The notes under the pieces: generated by a model
Databases searched by the model: none
The model's input: only the letters and a program-made list of their open reading frames with translations
Told to the model about the DNA's origin: nothing
Shown here: piece by piece, positions 20,399 to 29,456 of the stretch
Layout of the letters: every line of letters starts with the position of its first letter
Position numbering within the stretch: the stretch's first letter is position 1
Sequence record: MN871444.1
Length of the DNA: 64,000 nucleotides
Strand: one strand, 5' to 3'
Program-made: the position numbers and the translations under genes

Positions 20399-21120
20399 TG
20401 GAGCGAGCCATGACTACTGGTGAGGATATCAAGCGTTGGCTCTCTATGTTGCCTGAGCATAAGCGGAAATTATTTACCCTACGCACTAAATCGGAGGTGG
20501 GTACCCCCCACCTCTACCACATCTCTCGAAATCATGACATTATGTCGTTCTCCCCCAACGTGTCCACCAGAACACTGTTGGATGAGGACCGGTCAATTCC
20601 GCGAATCTGCACCGCGACGTCATTGGCTGGGTGTCTGTTAGGCTATCAGTCACAGCGGTATGATTTCGAAACATCCGAATATAAAGGCTGGTACATTTAC
20701 GGTATACCGTATCGGTACGCCATCCGACCAACTGCTGAACTTCTTCCAGACGTCGGTGTTTCTGATGAACATTGGTTAGTGACTTTCGACCCCAGCACGG
20801 TAGAGTACTTGCCGGTGGTAGTAGGTAAATTCTTTTTCAATAAAAAAGAAAGTGTTCATCGATTCCGTCGATTGATTTCTGAATACCATGGATATTTAGA
20901 CGTCATCGCCCCAGAAGGGTTGCGATTGACTGATGGTGTTCATGCCCCCCGTGGAATTTATGATTTGCGGTATATGCCGTCTGAACTTTCGACGCATAAA
21001 AGCACCGGTGGTTTGAAAATTGGGGAGGTTTCTCGCGGCGAGTACATCGCGGTACGAAATACCTCTGTGGAATTATTATCTCGCCGGAATCGCCCCCTGC
21101 GAGGAAGTGAACTGTGGTGA
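20398..21120 (+). CDS. hypothetical protein with possible ADP-ribosyltransferase-like motifs (240 aa)
   Basis: TAATG coupling; LYHIS...ED...PRICTA...PD...EHW pattern; fold call is tentative. Confidence 0.55.
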   Translation: MERAMTTGEDIKRWLSMLPEHKRKLFTLRTKSEVGTPHLYHISRNHDIMSFSPNVSTRTLLDEDRSIPRICTATSLAGCLLGYQSQRYDFETSEYKGWYIYGIPYRYAIRPTAELLPDVGVSDEHWLVTFDPSTVEYLPVVVGKFFFNKKESVHRFRRLISEYHGYLDVIAPEGLRLTDGVHAPRGIYDLRYMPSELSTHKSTGGLKIGEVSRGEYIAVRNTSVELLSRRNRPLRGSELW

Positions 21121-21137
21121 TAAGGAGCGGGTGTGGG

Positions 21138-21899
21138 ATGTATAATGACAAGGTTGTATTTTCTGGTGGAACCCTGATTGGTGCAAATCAAGGGGGTACC
21201 CTCAAGAAAAATGAGCATGGGTACTATGAGGTGGTGTTAGGGGCATTGGACGTATTTAACAGCAACGGACAATACTACCCTCTGGGCCCGGCCAAAGCGT
21301 TGTTTGAAGCGTCGAGCGCATTTATGCGCCGATTAAAAAATAAAGCACTGCGTGCTGAATACGGACACCCCAAACGAGACGGTATGCCGTTAATGGAATA
21401 CGCCGATCGGTTAACTCGCATCGATGAGCGCATGGTTTGTTGCCATATTCACGATGTTTGGTTGGAAACGTCCAAAGTTAAAAACGCAGAAGGTCGAACG
21501 GTGATTGCCATCATGGGGCTCATTTGTCCTACCGGTCCATATGGCGAAGTCCTCAGACAGCAGCTGGAAAACCCGAATGAAAACGTATGTTTCTCCATCC
21601 GCGCCGTTACTCACGATGAGTATGTGCGTGGACGCTATGAGAAACAGATTCGCGAAATCATCAGCTGGGATTATGTTAATGAGCCCGGTATTTCTGTCGC
21701 CAATAAGTTTTCTTCTCCGAGCCTGGAATCTATCGATACAGTAGTACCTTTAGAATTAATGGGTACTTACTTATCGGCTAAACGTCCGGAGTTGGTTGCG
21801 ATGGAAGCCGCTGGTGATGTAACGCTGGCTGGGATTTACGAAAAGGCGAAATCGTCTATCATGCTGCCGTCACGCACTGCGGGTAGTCAGTCGTGGTAA
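21138..21899 (+). CDS. prohead (head maturation) serine protease, phiKZ gp175/T4 gp21-like
   Basis: Motifs RAEYGHP (His), CFSIR (Ser) and WDYVNEPG (Asp); C-terminal SLE/AME autocleavage-like sites; TAAGGAG RBS before ATG 21138. Confidence 0.9.
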   Translation: MYNDKVVFSGGTLIGANQGGTLKKNEHGYYEVVLGALDVFNSNGQYYPLGPAKALFEASSAFMRRLKNKALRAEYGHPKRDGMPLMEYADRLTRIDERMVCCHIHDVWLETSKVKNAEGRTVIAIMGLICPTGPYGEVLRQQLENPNENVCFSIRAVTHDEYVRGRYEKQIREIISWDYVNEPGISVANKFSSPSLESIDTVVPLELMGTYLSAKRPELVAMEAAGDVTLAGIYEKAKSSIMLPSRTAGSQSW

Positions 21900-21902
21900 A
21901 TT

Positions 21903-21940
21903 AACAACATATCGGGAGGGCTTTTGCCCTCCCTTTTATG
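21903..21940 (+). terminator. intrinsic terminator, dispersed repeat family member
   Basis: AACAACATATC-GGGAGGGC-tttt-GCCCTCCC-TTTTATG. Confidence 0.85.
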
Positions 21941-21942
21941 AC

Positions 21943-21974
21943 GTGAGACTAAAAAAATATACGCGTATATTACT
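21943..21974 (+). promoter_or_regulatory. putative early promoter
   Basis: GTGAGACTAAAAAAATATACGCG-TATATTAC-T. Confidence 0.75.
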
Positions 21975-22023
21975 ATGTGGAGTATTGCATGCTTCATTCT
22001 TTTGTATAGCGAGGATTATTTTT

Positions 22024-22800
22024 ATGCTCAACCGTGAAGAAATAATGGCGAAGGTAGAAGCCGAGTTATTAAACAGCAATAAGACCATTCGTCAAATATG
22101 TGCCGATACCGAGTCAATCGACCAGCGGGTGATTTACAAATATTTTAGCGACAAATACGGGATGACCCCACATCAATTCCGTAAACAACACATCGGTACT
22201 GATGGACGTGAAACAATCAGCATGGACGACAAAGCTCGGGCCATTTTTGATAAAACCCTCGACCTGTGTCAATACTCCGATTTGTCTACACTCGCAGCAG
22301 CAGCACGTTGCGGGGTTAGCGTCACTGCAATAAACAAAACGTATCTGGCCGTATACGGTTGTACTTACGATGACCTACGGCGTAAATTCTCCAGCGAACA
22401 ACGAATATATCCTGGGGAAGGTAGTCCATGGGAAAGCGAAATATTTTGTTCCTTGGAAATACTAAGACCCAAGGCATACATAGCGCAGTATCAAGAATCG
22501 GTGGCGGATGTACGTAACCTCATTATTGATTCGTATCAGTTAAATGAGGTGCAGATACAACCCAGGGGTTCATTTATACCCGGGCCGAAATATTCTGTCG
22601 TGAAAGTGTCCGAACTCCCGGATTCCAAATCAGCAAAAATGCCGATGAAGGGAATAGGCATTTACCACGTCCCAGATAAAGAGTTTCAATTTAAATTGTT
22701 CCTCGACACCGCTAATGACCGGTTGCACGTAATTTGTGATGACCGCGCATTCCGTGTTTACCTGATCGGGACCCTTAAAGGCCACGTCATTAATAAATAA
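22024..22800 (+). CDS. putative DNA-binding protein with tandem AraC-like helix-turn-helix segments (258 aa)
   Basis: YKYFSDKYGMTPHQFRK and AAARCGVSVTAINKTYLAVYGCTYDDLRRK resemble AraC/XylS HTH signatures; GAGG RBS before ATG 22024. Confidence 0.6.
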   Translation: MLNREEIMAKVEAELLNSNKTIRQICADTESIDQRVIYKYFSDKYGMTPHQFRKQHIGTDGRETISMDDKARAIFDKTLDLCQYSDLSTLAAAARCGVSVTAINKTYLAVYGCTYDDLRRKFSSEQRIYPGEGSPWESEIFCSLEILRPKAYIAQYQESVADVRNLIIDSYQLNEVQIQPRGSFIPGPKYSVVKVSELPDSKSAKMPMKGIGIYHVPDKEFQFKLFLDTANDRLHVICDDRAFRVYLIGTLKGHVINK

Positions 22801-22809
22801 GGATTCAAC

Positions 22810-23574
22810 ATGAGTGGATATACCTACGTAGCACCTGAGGGTTACCTCGGCTATATTGAAACGAAAGTTAGCCCGTGGCGCACTGGGTGGTTAACCACCC
22901 CGACAAAAGATGACATCCTCGGGGTCGACCAATCAGCAGTCCCTTTGCCGCAAATTAATTTCGATATCAGCAATACCGAAACCAGCCACCGTAACCGAGT
23001 TATTGCCATGGGCTATAATCGCGGGATTAATCTGGCTGACCTGGTTCAGGCCCTTCCGGAAAACTATCTGACCGAGCATTTGAACAACATCGTCTTTAGT
23101 CGGCCGCTGGTGACCTTAGACGACATGCCGGTACGCATCAACGATGTGTTTCAAGTTAACCCGTATGTCCTGGCACCGTGTTATTTTATTCGGTACCTAT
23201 TGCTGTCGATGTCGCAGGAACTTTTAAGCAATGACCTGTACAGCTACCAGCAGCGCGGTACTGCACTCGGTACATTGGCATCGCAGGTACAATACACCAT
23301 CGATCTGATCTTATCGAAATACGATATTGACGCGCTGAGTGATAACATCGTTCTCGGAGCCAAAGTGATTTCAACCACCAACGACTCCGGTGCAATCACC
23401 AACAAAAAGACCACGCTATTCCTCGCTGAAACGGCCTATAACGCGTGGTTGGCTTCCGGCGGTACTGATGAGCTGGTTGTGGCGAACTACGTTGTAAATG
23501 CGGCAGACGCCACGGATGCGACCATCACCAACAGCGCTACTATTCTGGCTAGCTGGCACAATATGCAAGGGTAG
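22810..23574 (+). CDS. hypothetical protein (254 aa)
   Basis: AAGGA RBS; long ORF. Confidence 0.75.
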   Translation: MSGYTYVAPEGYLGYIETKVSPWRTGWLTTPTKDDILGVDQSAVPLPQINFDISNTETSHRNRVIAMGYNRGINLADLVQALPENYLTEHLNNIVFSRPLVTLDDMPVRINDVFQVNPYVLAPCYFIRYLLLSMSQELLSNDLYSYQQRGTALGTLASQVQYTIDLILSKYDIDALSDNIVLGAKVISTTNDSGAITNKKTTLFLAETAYNAWLASGGTDELVVANYVVNAADATDATITNSATILASWHNMQG

Positions 23575-23584
23575 GCAGGTTTTT

Positions 23585-24256
23585 ATGGTTAATGTCATTC
23601 TTTGCGAAATAGACCACGTATGGAATTCAAGAGATATTCGTTCAGCCATACGTGATTGTGTCCGGCGGGAATACCGGGAAGTAGTTCGCACACCACTGAA
23701 GAGCATGAGTGCTGGTGAGTTGTTTGCTTTACTGGAGAAGCCGTATGACTCCCCGCTGGCTGAAGTCAAATACGGACACCGGTCTTGTAAAAACCACATC
23801 CACAAGCTGTACGCGTCATTCTTTTTAAGAGACCCAATTGCTACTAAGGAATGCACGTTAGAACGCAACCCGACGACCATAACCGTAACCCAGGATACGT
23901 ACACCGCAGACGCTGCGTTATTGTTGTTCATTATCGCAGACCGCCTTATCACGATAAGTGGCATGTATGCTGAAGAAAGTAAGGAAATTTTTTACCTGCG
24001 TTCGCTAAGACATATGCTGGCATGCGCCATCAACAATTACCTTGGATTCCTAACTAGGCTGCACGTGGAAAAGACCCGAGTAATGGGGATTGAAACCATA
24101 TGCGGTATTCCTACGGCATTTGTTATTGGTCATTCGCCAACTGATGCGGTGAGGTCCATAGTGTCCGCAATATTCCCAAGTGATGAAGTCACCTACTTTA
24201 TCCACCTACCGACATTGCGCGGCCTGCGGTACACCGCAGTGAAACAAAAAAGTTAA
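23585..24256 (+). CDS. hypothetical protein (223 aa)
   Basis: ATG at 23585 just after the upstream stop, with AGG RBS; the ORF-track start overlaps the previous gene. Confidence 0.65.
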   Translation: MVNVILCEIDHVWNSRDIRSAIRDCVRREYREVVRTPLKSMSAGELFALLEKPYDSPLAEVKYGHRSCKNHIHKLYASFFLRDPIATKECTLERNPTTITVTQDTYTADAALLLFIIADRLITISGMYAEESKEIFYLRSLRHMLACAINNYLGFLTRLHVEKTRVMGIETICGIPTAFVIGHSPTDAVRSIVSAIFPSDEVTYFIHLPTLRGLRYTAVKQKS

Positions 24257-24270
24257 ACACGTATATTACT
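24239..24270 (+). promoter_or_regulatory. putative early promoter
   Basis: GTGAAACAAAAAAGTTAAACACG-TATATTAC-T. Confidence 0.75.
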
Positions 24271-24366
24271 AACTGGCATGTAGGGTAGTAAAATAATACC
24301 CACCGCATACGTAATGTGCGGAAACACCAAATTTATTTTATCAAACAATCAACCCGGAGATTTAAC

Positions 24367-24816
24367 ATGGCTAAACTCGACTACGACCTGGACCAAACTG
24401 CTGCCGACTTCCAGAAAAAACTGACCGTCGGTGACAACGGGTCCATCAAAGCCGAAGACGGCGCCATCGAAACACTGCTACCCGAAGGCAAGTCGATGAC
24501 CGATCTCATTGAAGCGCAAAACATCATCAGCAAAATCGTCACTGTCGGCAGCCTGGCGGCTGGCCGCGCATCGATCGAAGCATTCAAAGGCAACAAAGAG
24601 CTGACAGAAACTGAGTTCAAAGTGAAAGTCGGCCACGACACCCTCAAAATCAACGTCGCCCGTGAAGGCGAAACCTCCGACGGCAAAGGCGGCCGTAAGA
24701 AAGTATTCGGACAAGAGCGCATCGCATACCTGGTATCCGGCGGCCCGAGCGTAGGGACCCTGAAAAAGGTGCGTGAAACGATCAAATCTGAAGCGGCTTC
24801 GGCGCTGGCTGATTAA
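24367..24816 (+). CDS. hypothetical protein, probably highly expressed early (149 aa, MAKLDYDLDQ...)
   Basis: GGAGA RBS; visibly C-ending, host-like codon usage; followed by a UUCG hairpin. Confidence 0.75.
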   Translation: MAKLDYDLDQTAADFQKKLTVGDNGSIKAEDGAIETLLPEGKSMTDLIEAQNIISKIVTVGSLAAGRASIEAFKGNKELTETEFKVKVGHDTLKINVAREGETSDGKGGRKKVFGQERIAYLVSGGPSVGTLKKVRETIKSEAASALAD

Positions 24817-24839
24817 TTCAGCGGCCTGGCGAAATACCG

Positions 24840-24863
24840 GCATGGGGTCTTCGGGCCCCATGC
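24840..24863 (+). terminator. C(UUCG)G tetraloop hairpin (terminator or 3' stabiliser)
   Basis: GCATGGGGTC-ttcg-GGCCCCATGC; the T-rich tract lies a little further downstream. Confidence 0.55.
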
Positions 24864-24910
24864 ATGGGTGGCGATTTCTTTTTTATTTAACGGTAATGGA
24901 ATTCTAAAAC

Positions 24911-25705
24911 ATGAGCATTGATGAACAAAACGTAAACGCCCCGGATGAGGGTACCGAATCGAGCACCGTCGTGGATAACGGCGTTACCACAATCACGCTG
25001 GACCCAAACGACCCCCACCCGGTAGAAACTGTCGAGCATCTGAAAGAATCCTTTCGGGCCGCGGAAGAAAACAGTTCTTCCGCTGAAGTTACTGTAACAG
25101 CGGATTCGCTGACCATTGATGCCGCCAAAGTCCTGACCGTGGATGGGGTCGACACCGCCGACCAGGAAACGGTAGTAAGTGAAGTGTCGGATGTCTTTAA
25201 ACCGGATGCGACTGCTGACGCTGAGGTAATTCGCGCCGAGCTGGCCAAGTTAAGTACTGGCGAAGATGATGCTGGTCTGACCGATGAAGATAAAGAGATG
25301 GTCACTCTCGAACTGACGCCGCAGGACTTCATGATCCGCATGCTGGGCATCGATCTCGCCATGGCGCAAATCTACCCGGAGCCGGTATATCTGGCTACTG
25401 AAGCTGACGCCGCGGACCTCCTGGCGCGAGAAGGCCTGCAGTACAGTTTTGATTCCAACAGAAGTTTATATCTGTGCGGATTAGCTGATGCCTTTATCGA
25501 AGCTACGCTCAAAGACCCTGATCTGCGGGTTCTGGCCCTGCGTGCAATCAAATTCAAATACCGCCGCTTTGACCAGCCGGTTGAAGAAGCTGTGAAAGCA
25601 GTCACTACGGCCCTGCGCAAACAGCAGCACGACATCGCAGCTGCTCAGGCCGCAGAAGCCGCAGCGCATATGGCGACCGATGGCGCAGAACAGCCACAAC
25701 CGTAA
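24911..25705 (+). CDS. acidic hypothetical protein (264 aa)
   Basis: Asp/Glu/Thr-rich N-terminal half; followed by a hairpin at 25710-25731. Confidence 0.75.
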   Translation: MSIDEQNVNAPDEGTESSTVVDNGVTTITLDPNDPHPVETVEHLKESFRAAEENSSSAEVTVTADSLTIDAAKVLTVDGVDTADQETVVSEVSDVFKPDATADAEVIRAELAKLSTGEDDAGLTDEDKEMVTLELTPQDFMIRMLGIDLAMAQIYPEPVYLATEADAADLLAREGLQYSFDSNRSLYLCGLADAFIEATLKDPDLRVLALRAIKFKYRRFDQPVEEAVKAVTTALRKQQHDIAAAQAAEAAAHMATDGAEQPQP

Positions 25706-25709
25706 TTCG

Positions 25710-25735
25710 GTGGAGGGCCACGGCCCTCCACTTAT
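25710..25735 (+). terminator. hairpin related to the GGAGGGC family
   Basis: GTGGAGGGC-cacg-GCCCTCCAC-TTATG. Confidence 0.6.
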
Positions 25736-25755
25736 GTCACATTAGGAGATAATCC

Positions 25756-26187
25756 ATGATTTTGTATACCGCACAAATATCGCAATATCGTGGTCTCCGA
25801 GAAGCAAATATCCCGTATATAGACACTACGATTAAATCGGGAGACAAACACCTTGCCCCGACCTGGGAAATGGTTTCCAGGCACAAGGCAGGTACGTTGA
25901 CTGACGAGGGATATGTTGATTTATATATTCCCATGATGCGGGCAAGTTATCGTCGTTATGATGCGCATTGGCGGAAAATAGCCCTAATGGATAAAGTAGC
26001 ATTATTGTGCTATTGTCCACATGGAATACACAGCCCGGACACTCACCCTAATTTTTGTCATCGCTTTGTGTTGGTTGAGTTGTTTGAGCGAATCTGTAAA
26101 CATAACGGCATTCCGTTTACCTATGCTGGTGAATGGGTGCGCGGAGAAGTATTAATGTCAAAGTCACCACGTTGGTTGACAAAATGA
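25756..26187 (+). CDS. DUF488-like protein (143 aa)
   Basis: LAPTW...LLCYC...FCHRFVL pattern typical of DUF488 proteins; AGGAGA RBS. Confidence 0.6.
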   Translation: MILYTAQISQYRGLREANIPYIDTTIKSGDKHLAPTWEMVSRHKAGTLTDEGYVDLYIPMMRASYRRYDAHWRKIALMDKVALLCYCPHGIHSPDTHPNFCHRFVLVELFERICKHNGIPFTYAGEWVRGEVLMSKSPRWLTK

Positions 26188-26200
26188 AGAGGTAGGTAGG

Positions 26201-26566
26201 ATGGACGAGCTTTTAACGGCACTGGCGGAACTCGAGGGTGCATCCCCGACCACAGTGCTTGCGACACCAGAGTGGGCACTGCAAGATGACCTGCGCAAAT
26301 TACATGCGTTGGCGGTGAAGCATTGCATCCAGATTGATGTCGATAAAGTAACCGTATCGCCAGAAGCATTTCAGCTACTGCGCAAACGCGGTTACGATAT
26401 TAAAGTTGCGCGCGAATCAAATATCGTAATGGCCGTGACGCTATATACCGCGTCCGGGGTATTGGTATTATACCACAATACCAATATACTTCACAGTTTT
26501 GTGGACCTACACAAACCCCGCGAGTACAAACGATCCTGGCTGGGTGGGTTGTTTTCTGCACGATGA
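26201..26566 (+). CDS. hypothetical protein (121 aa)
   Basis: RBS-like GAGGTAGG upstream; followed by a terminator. Confidence 0.7.
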   Translation: MDELLTALAELEGASPTTVLATPEWALQDDLRKLHALAVKHCIQIDVDKVTVSPEAFQLLRKRGYDIKVARESNIVMAVTLYTASGVLVLYHNTNILHSFVDLHKPREYKRSWLGGLFSAR

Positions 26567-26576
26567 TACATAAAAC

Positions 26577-26596
26577 GGGGAGGCTAATGCCTCCCC
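26577..26596 (+). terminator. intrinsic terminator (family-related)
   Basis: GGGGAGGC-taat-GCCTCCCC flanked by CATAAAA and AAATATGCC. Confidence 0.7.
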
Positions 26597-26628
26597 AAAT
26601 ATGCCGTTTCTTTTATTTTTGTAAAAAC

Positions 26629-26660
26629 GTGAAACTAAAAAATTATAAACGTATATAACT
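26629..26660 (+). promoter_or_regulatory. putative early promoter (TATATAAC variant)
   Basis: GTGAAACTAAAAAATTATAAACG-TATATAAC-T, with the same 23-nt spacing as the other copies. Confidence 0.7.
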
Positions 26661-26727
26661 TCTGGGACTAGGTGAGTAGATAATCTTCTACGACTATTAA
26701 TTCAATCAACAAACTGGAGTATAGCTC

Positions 26728-26922
26728 ATGTTCAATTCAATCAAAACTTTCGTTAAAGCACACAAAACCACCATCGCCATTGTCGGTGGGGTTGCAGCAG
26801 TTGCCGGCGTAGGCGCTGCGGTTTATTTCCAAAAGTTCCACACCGACAAAGTGATGGAACAAGTCGGTGAAGTTGTGGGCGACGTTGTCGCCAATACTAC
26901 CGAAGCGGCCACCGAAGCGTAA
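26728..26922 (+). CDS. small single-pass membrane protein (64 aa)
   Basis: GGAG RBS; hydrophobic IAIVGGVAAVAGVGAAVYF segment. Confidence 0.75.
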   Translation: MFNSIKTFVKAHKTTIAIVGGVAAVAGVGAAVYFQKFHTDKVMEQVGEVVGDVVANTTEAATEA

Positions 26923-26995
26923 CTACCCACTCGGGGCAGATACCTGCCCCACACTCACCAAACCCGTTAAACCTTTTGATAGATAGGATGTTATT

Positions 26996-27214
26996 ATGAA
27001 CGTAGTATTCCGTGGTATCGCAGCGGCAGTTGTAGGTCATGTTGTTGGTAGTATTGGTGGTGGGTTAGTAGGAGGTACTTCTGCCATCATCACCGATTCA
27101 GTAACGGGCAGTGAAGATAAGGCACGAAAATGTGGCGCGGTTACTGGCGCAGCAGCCTATATCTATTTTGGGGTTAAGTCAGCAGCTGCCGTATGGCGTT
27201 CCACTGGCGAATAA
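26996..27214 (+). CDS. small Gly/Ala-rich hydrophobic protein (72 aa)
   Basis: AGGA RBS; glycine-zipper-like GxxxG repeats. Confidence 0.7.
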   Translation: MNVVFRGIAAAVVGHVVGSIGGGLVGGTSAIITDSVTGSEDKARKCGAVTGAAAYIYFGVKSAAAVWRSTGE

Positions 27215-27261
27215 GTACGTTAATTTAAATCATTCAAAAAAAAACGGGTAAGGTGAATATC

Positions 27262-27468
27262 ATGGGTATTAAGAAAGCAATTGTTGCAGGTGTGGTAGGC
27301 GGTATCGCAGGTGGAGAAGCTGGAAAATACGTTCGTGAAACTGCCGTCCAGTTAGGCTGCAGTGAACGTAAAGCAATGTGGGCTGGAATTCTTACATCGG
27401 TGGTGGTAGGTACAGTCACTGGTGATGTTGTACGTAATAAACTCTTGAAGAACTGGGATAACCAGTAA
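27262..27468 (+). CDS. small glycine-zipper membrane protein (68 aa)
   Basis: AAGGTG RBS before ATG 27262; AGVVGGIAGG segment. Confidence 0.7.
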   Translation: MGIKKAIVAGVVGGIAGGEAGKYVRETAVQLGCSERKAMWAGILTSVVVGTVTGDVVRNKLLKNWDNQ

Positions 27469-27501
27469 TTTCTAAACCATCAAAAAAGTAAGGAAAACAT
27501 T

Positions 27502-27756
27502 ATGGAAGTATTAGTAGTTGCACTGATTCTGGACATCATCATCGGCGTTGTTTCTTATACGTGGAAAGGACGTAACGGTTTCGCCTTCTTCTTCTGGGCT
27601 TTTTTGCTGAGCCCGCTGATTGGCTTCATCATCCTGCTGTGTGTGAAAAACCTCAAAGCAGAGGCCGAGAAAGAACGCATCCGTAAAGAAGAAAAAGAAG
27701 CTGACGAACGCCGCCACCTGGAAACGCTGGCAGCGTTAAGTGGTCGTCGGGAGTAA
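27502..27756 (+). CDS. small membrane protein with two TM segments and a charged tail (84 aa)
   Basis: AAGGA RBS; hydrophobic-KGRNG-hydrophobic-PLIG pattern. Confidence 0.75.
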   Translation: MEVLVVALILDIIIGVVSYTWKGRNGFAFFFWAFLLSPLIGFIILLCVKNLKAEAEKERIRKEEKEADERRHLETLAALSGRRE

Positions 27757-27771
27757 TACCACCTTACAAGC

Positions 27772-27790
27772 GCCCTCTTAAAAAGAGGGC
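27772..27790. terminator. possible terminator hairpin
   Basis: GCCCTCTT-aaa-AAGAGGGC. Confidence 0.45.
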
Positions 27791-27819
27791 TTCTATGTCC
27801 TCTTTTAAGAGAAAATATC

Positions 27820-28245
27820 ATGAAAACTATTTTTAGCTTTATCAAAAATCACAAAATCATTTCTACTGTCGCAGCACTGCTGTTGGGTGTTAGCAGTTAC
27901 CTGTACGCATCTGGTGGAAACAATGGCCAGAACGCCGATATTCCGGCACCATTTCAAATCATGGCGTATTCACAGCGGGACCTGTTAAATCAGCCGTTCG
28001 TCCGCTTGCAGGTTACCAGTACCGCAGACATCATCACCATCAATCAGATTACGGTTAACCGCGGTAACTGCGTTTTTGAAAACCGTACGTTGCCAGGGTA
28101 TAACTCACCGCCGGCCTTGCCCGTTACTATGCGCTACGGTCAGAATAATCGCTTTTATTTCTTCCGTTGCGATAAAGCATTGGAAGCAACAATCAGCACC
28201 AATGTCGGTACCTGGACTGTACAGTTCACCTACCCCGCACAATAA
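27820..28245 (+). CDS. putative exported or membrane-anchored protein (141 aa)
   Basis: Basic N-terminus plus hydrophobic helix (signal or anchor), then a beta-rich domain with two Cys. Confidence 0.7.
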   Translation: MKTIFSFIKNHKIISTVAALLLGVSSYLYASGGNNGQNADIPAPFQIMAYSQRDLLNQPFVRLQVTSTADIITINQITVNRGNCVFENRTLPGYNSPPALPVTMRYGQNNRFYFFRCDKALEATISTNVGTWTVQFTYPAQ

Positions 28246-28256
28246 GGAAAAGAAGT

Positions 28257-28589
28257 ATGAGAACTATTATTATTTTTATGCTGGTGACGTTTTCGCTTTT
28301 ACCTTTTGTAAAAGCGAGTGGAGATTTCGGCAATATGACCATCACACCCCACGTCGTTTCTGACGGTCCTCGTCCAATTGTCGACTACGAAATTCAGTCC
28401 CGTGTGGATGGGTTAGTAGTCGAAGATTTCTTGATGACCGTTGATGGAGATTGCTGGATTCCAGCCCAGCTTCCCGTCAAATTAAACCAAGGCGACACAC
28501 GTAAAGTAAGAATCGTCGGCTGCCCAATCCAGCCGCTACACGTCATTACTAATCTGGGCAGTTACGACTTCTATTTTAACAAACTGTAG
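28257..28589 (+). CDS. putative exported protein with signal peptide (110 aa)
   Basis: MRTIIIFMLVTFSLLPFVKA signal-like N-terminus; two Cys; AAGGA RBS. Confidence 0.7.
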   Translation: MRTIIIFMLVTFSLLPFVKASGDFGNMTITPHVVSDGPRPIVDYEIQSRVDGLVVEDFLMTVDGDCWIPAQLPVKLNQGDTRKVRIVGCPIQPLHVITNLGSYDFYFNKL

Positions 28590-28615
28590 TACAGCATCCA
28601 TTCGAGGAGTAAATC

Positions 28616-28843
28616 ATGTTAATTTTCATACAAGCATACATCAATGGTTTTTCTGTAACAACTCCTCGACATCTGGAACCCGTACCTACCGTCGAAGTTA
28701 AAATAGATGGTCAGGTCGTTTATGAGTCTCACGACCTGGATGATATCATCGAGCAAGTATACGTAGAACCAAAACCAAAAACTAAATCTGGTTTCGATTT
28801 CTTTACACAAACCACGGCACGCGCCAAACAACGTAGGGGGTAA
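28616..28843 (+). CDS. hypothetical protein (75 aa)
   Basis: GAGGAG RBS. Confidence 0.7.
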   Translation: MLIFIQAYINGFSVTTPRHLEPVPTVEVKIDGQVVYESHDLDDIIEQVYVEPKPKTKSGFDFFTQTTARAKQRRG

Positions 28844-28848
28844 CAGCT

Positions 28849-29010
28849 ATGAACGCATCACATGACTGGATTTCTTTTGATACATTTGGCAAAGTTGTTG
28901 CTCTCTATTACGGCATTAAAGTCGGGCGTTTCTGCTGGCGAGTAATGAAAGAGAACATGGACTTGCGCGATGAGCTAGAAGCTCAGAAACAAAAAACCGC
29001 AACAAAATAA
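28849..29010 (+). CDS. small hypothetical protein (53 aa, MNASHDWISF...), missing from the ORF track
   Basis: AGGGGG RBS, ATG 28849, TAA 29008-29010; hydrophobic patch then a coiled-coil-like tail. Confidence 0.55.
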   Translation: MNASHDWISFDTFGKVVALYYGIKVGRFCWRVMKENMDLRDELEAQKQKTATK

Positions 29011-29043
29011 ATTAACCCAACATTCAATTAAAAAGGTACTATC

Positions 29044-29247
29044 ATGTTTACTAAACTGCAAACCGTTCTGTCTACCGTATCCAACAAACAACTGATTGCT
29101 GCCGGCATCGGTGCCGCGGCATTTGGTGGCTTTGGTCTGGGGTATATTTCTGGCCGGATTCACGGCCGCAAAAAAGCGGCGGTGGTCGCCGTTGACGAAG
29201 CAGTAGTGGAGGCAGAAACTCCCGATGCTGAAACTGTTAAAGAGTAA
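29044..29247 (+). CDS. small single-pass membrane protein (67 aa)
   Basis: AAGG RBS; LIAAGIGAAAFGGFGLGYI segment. Confidence 0.75.
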   Translation: MFTKLQTVLSTVSNKQLIAAGIGAAAFGGFGLGYISGRIHGRKKAAVVAVDEAVVEAETPDAETVKE

Positions 29248-29364
29248 AGAGCTGGTGTGGTTCTTGGCTGGGGTTGCTGTCGGAGGGTGGGCGGTTGTAA
29301 TAACTTACGATATCGCCAACAAACGAACCAAACCTCCAGCTGAGGAAGAACCCGCAGAGTAATT

Positions 29365-29390
29365 GAGCTAGAGGCATACGCCTCTAGCTC
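29365..29390 (+). terminator. terminator ending the early small-gene operon
   Basis: GAGCTAGAGGC-atac-GCCTCTAGCTC perfect 11-bp stem followed by T-rich sequence. Confidence 0.75.
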
Positions 29391-29421
29391 TTCTCATTTC
29401 GTTTATTTTTTTTTTGATTTC

Positions 29422-29448
29422 GGCATAAAAGGGAGGCCGAAGCCTCCC
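29422..29448 (-). terminator. terminator of the tail tube gene, repeat family member
   Basis: On the minus strand GGGAGGC-ttcg-GCCTCCC-TTTTATGCC. Confidence 0.85.
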
Positions 29449-29456
29449 CTTAGGGT

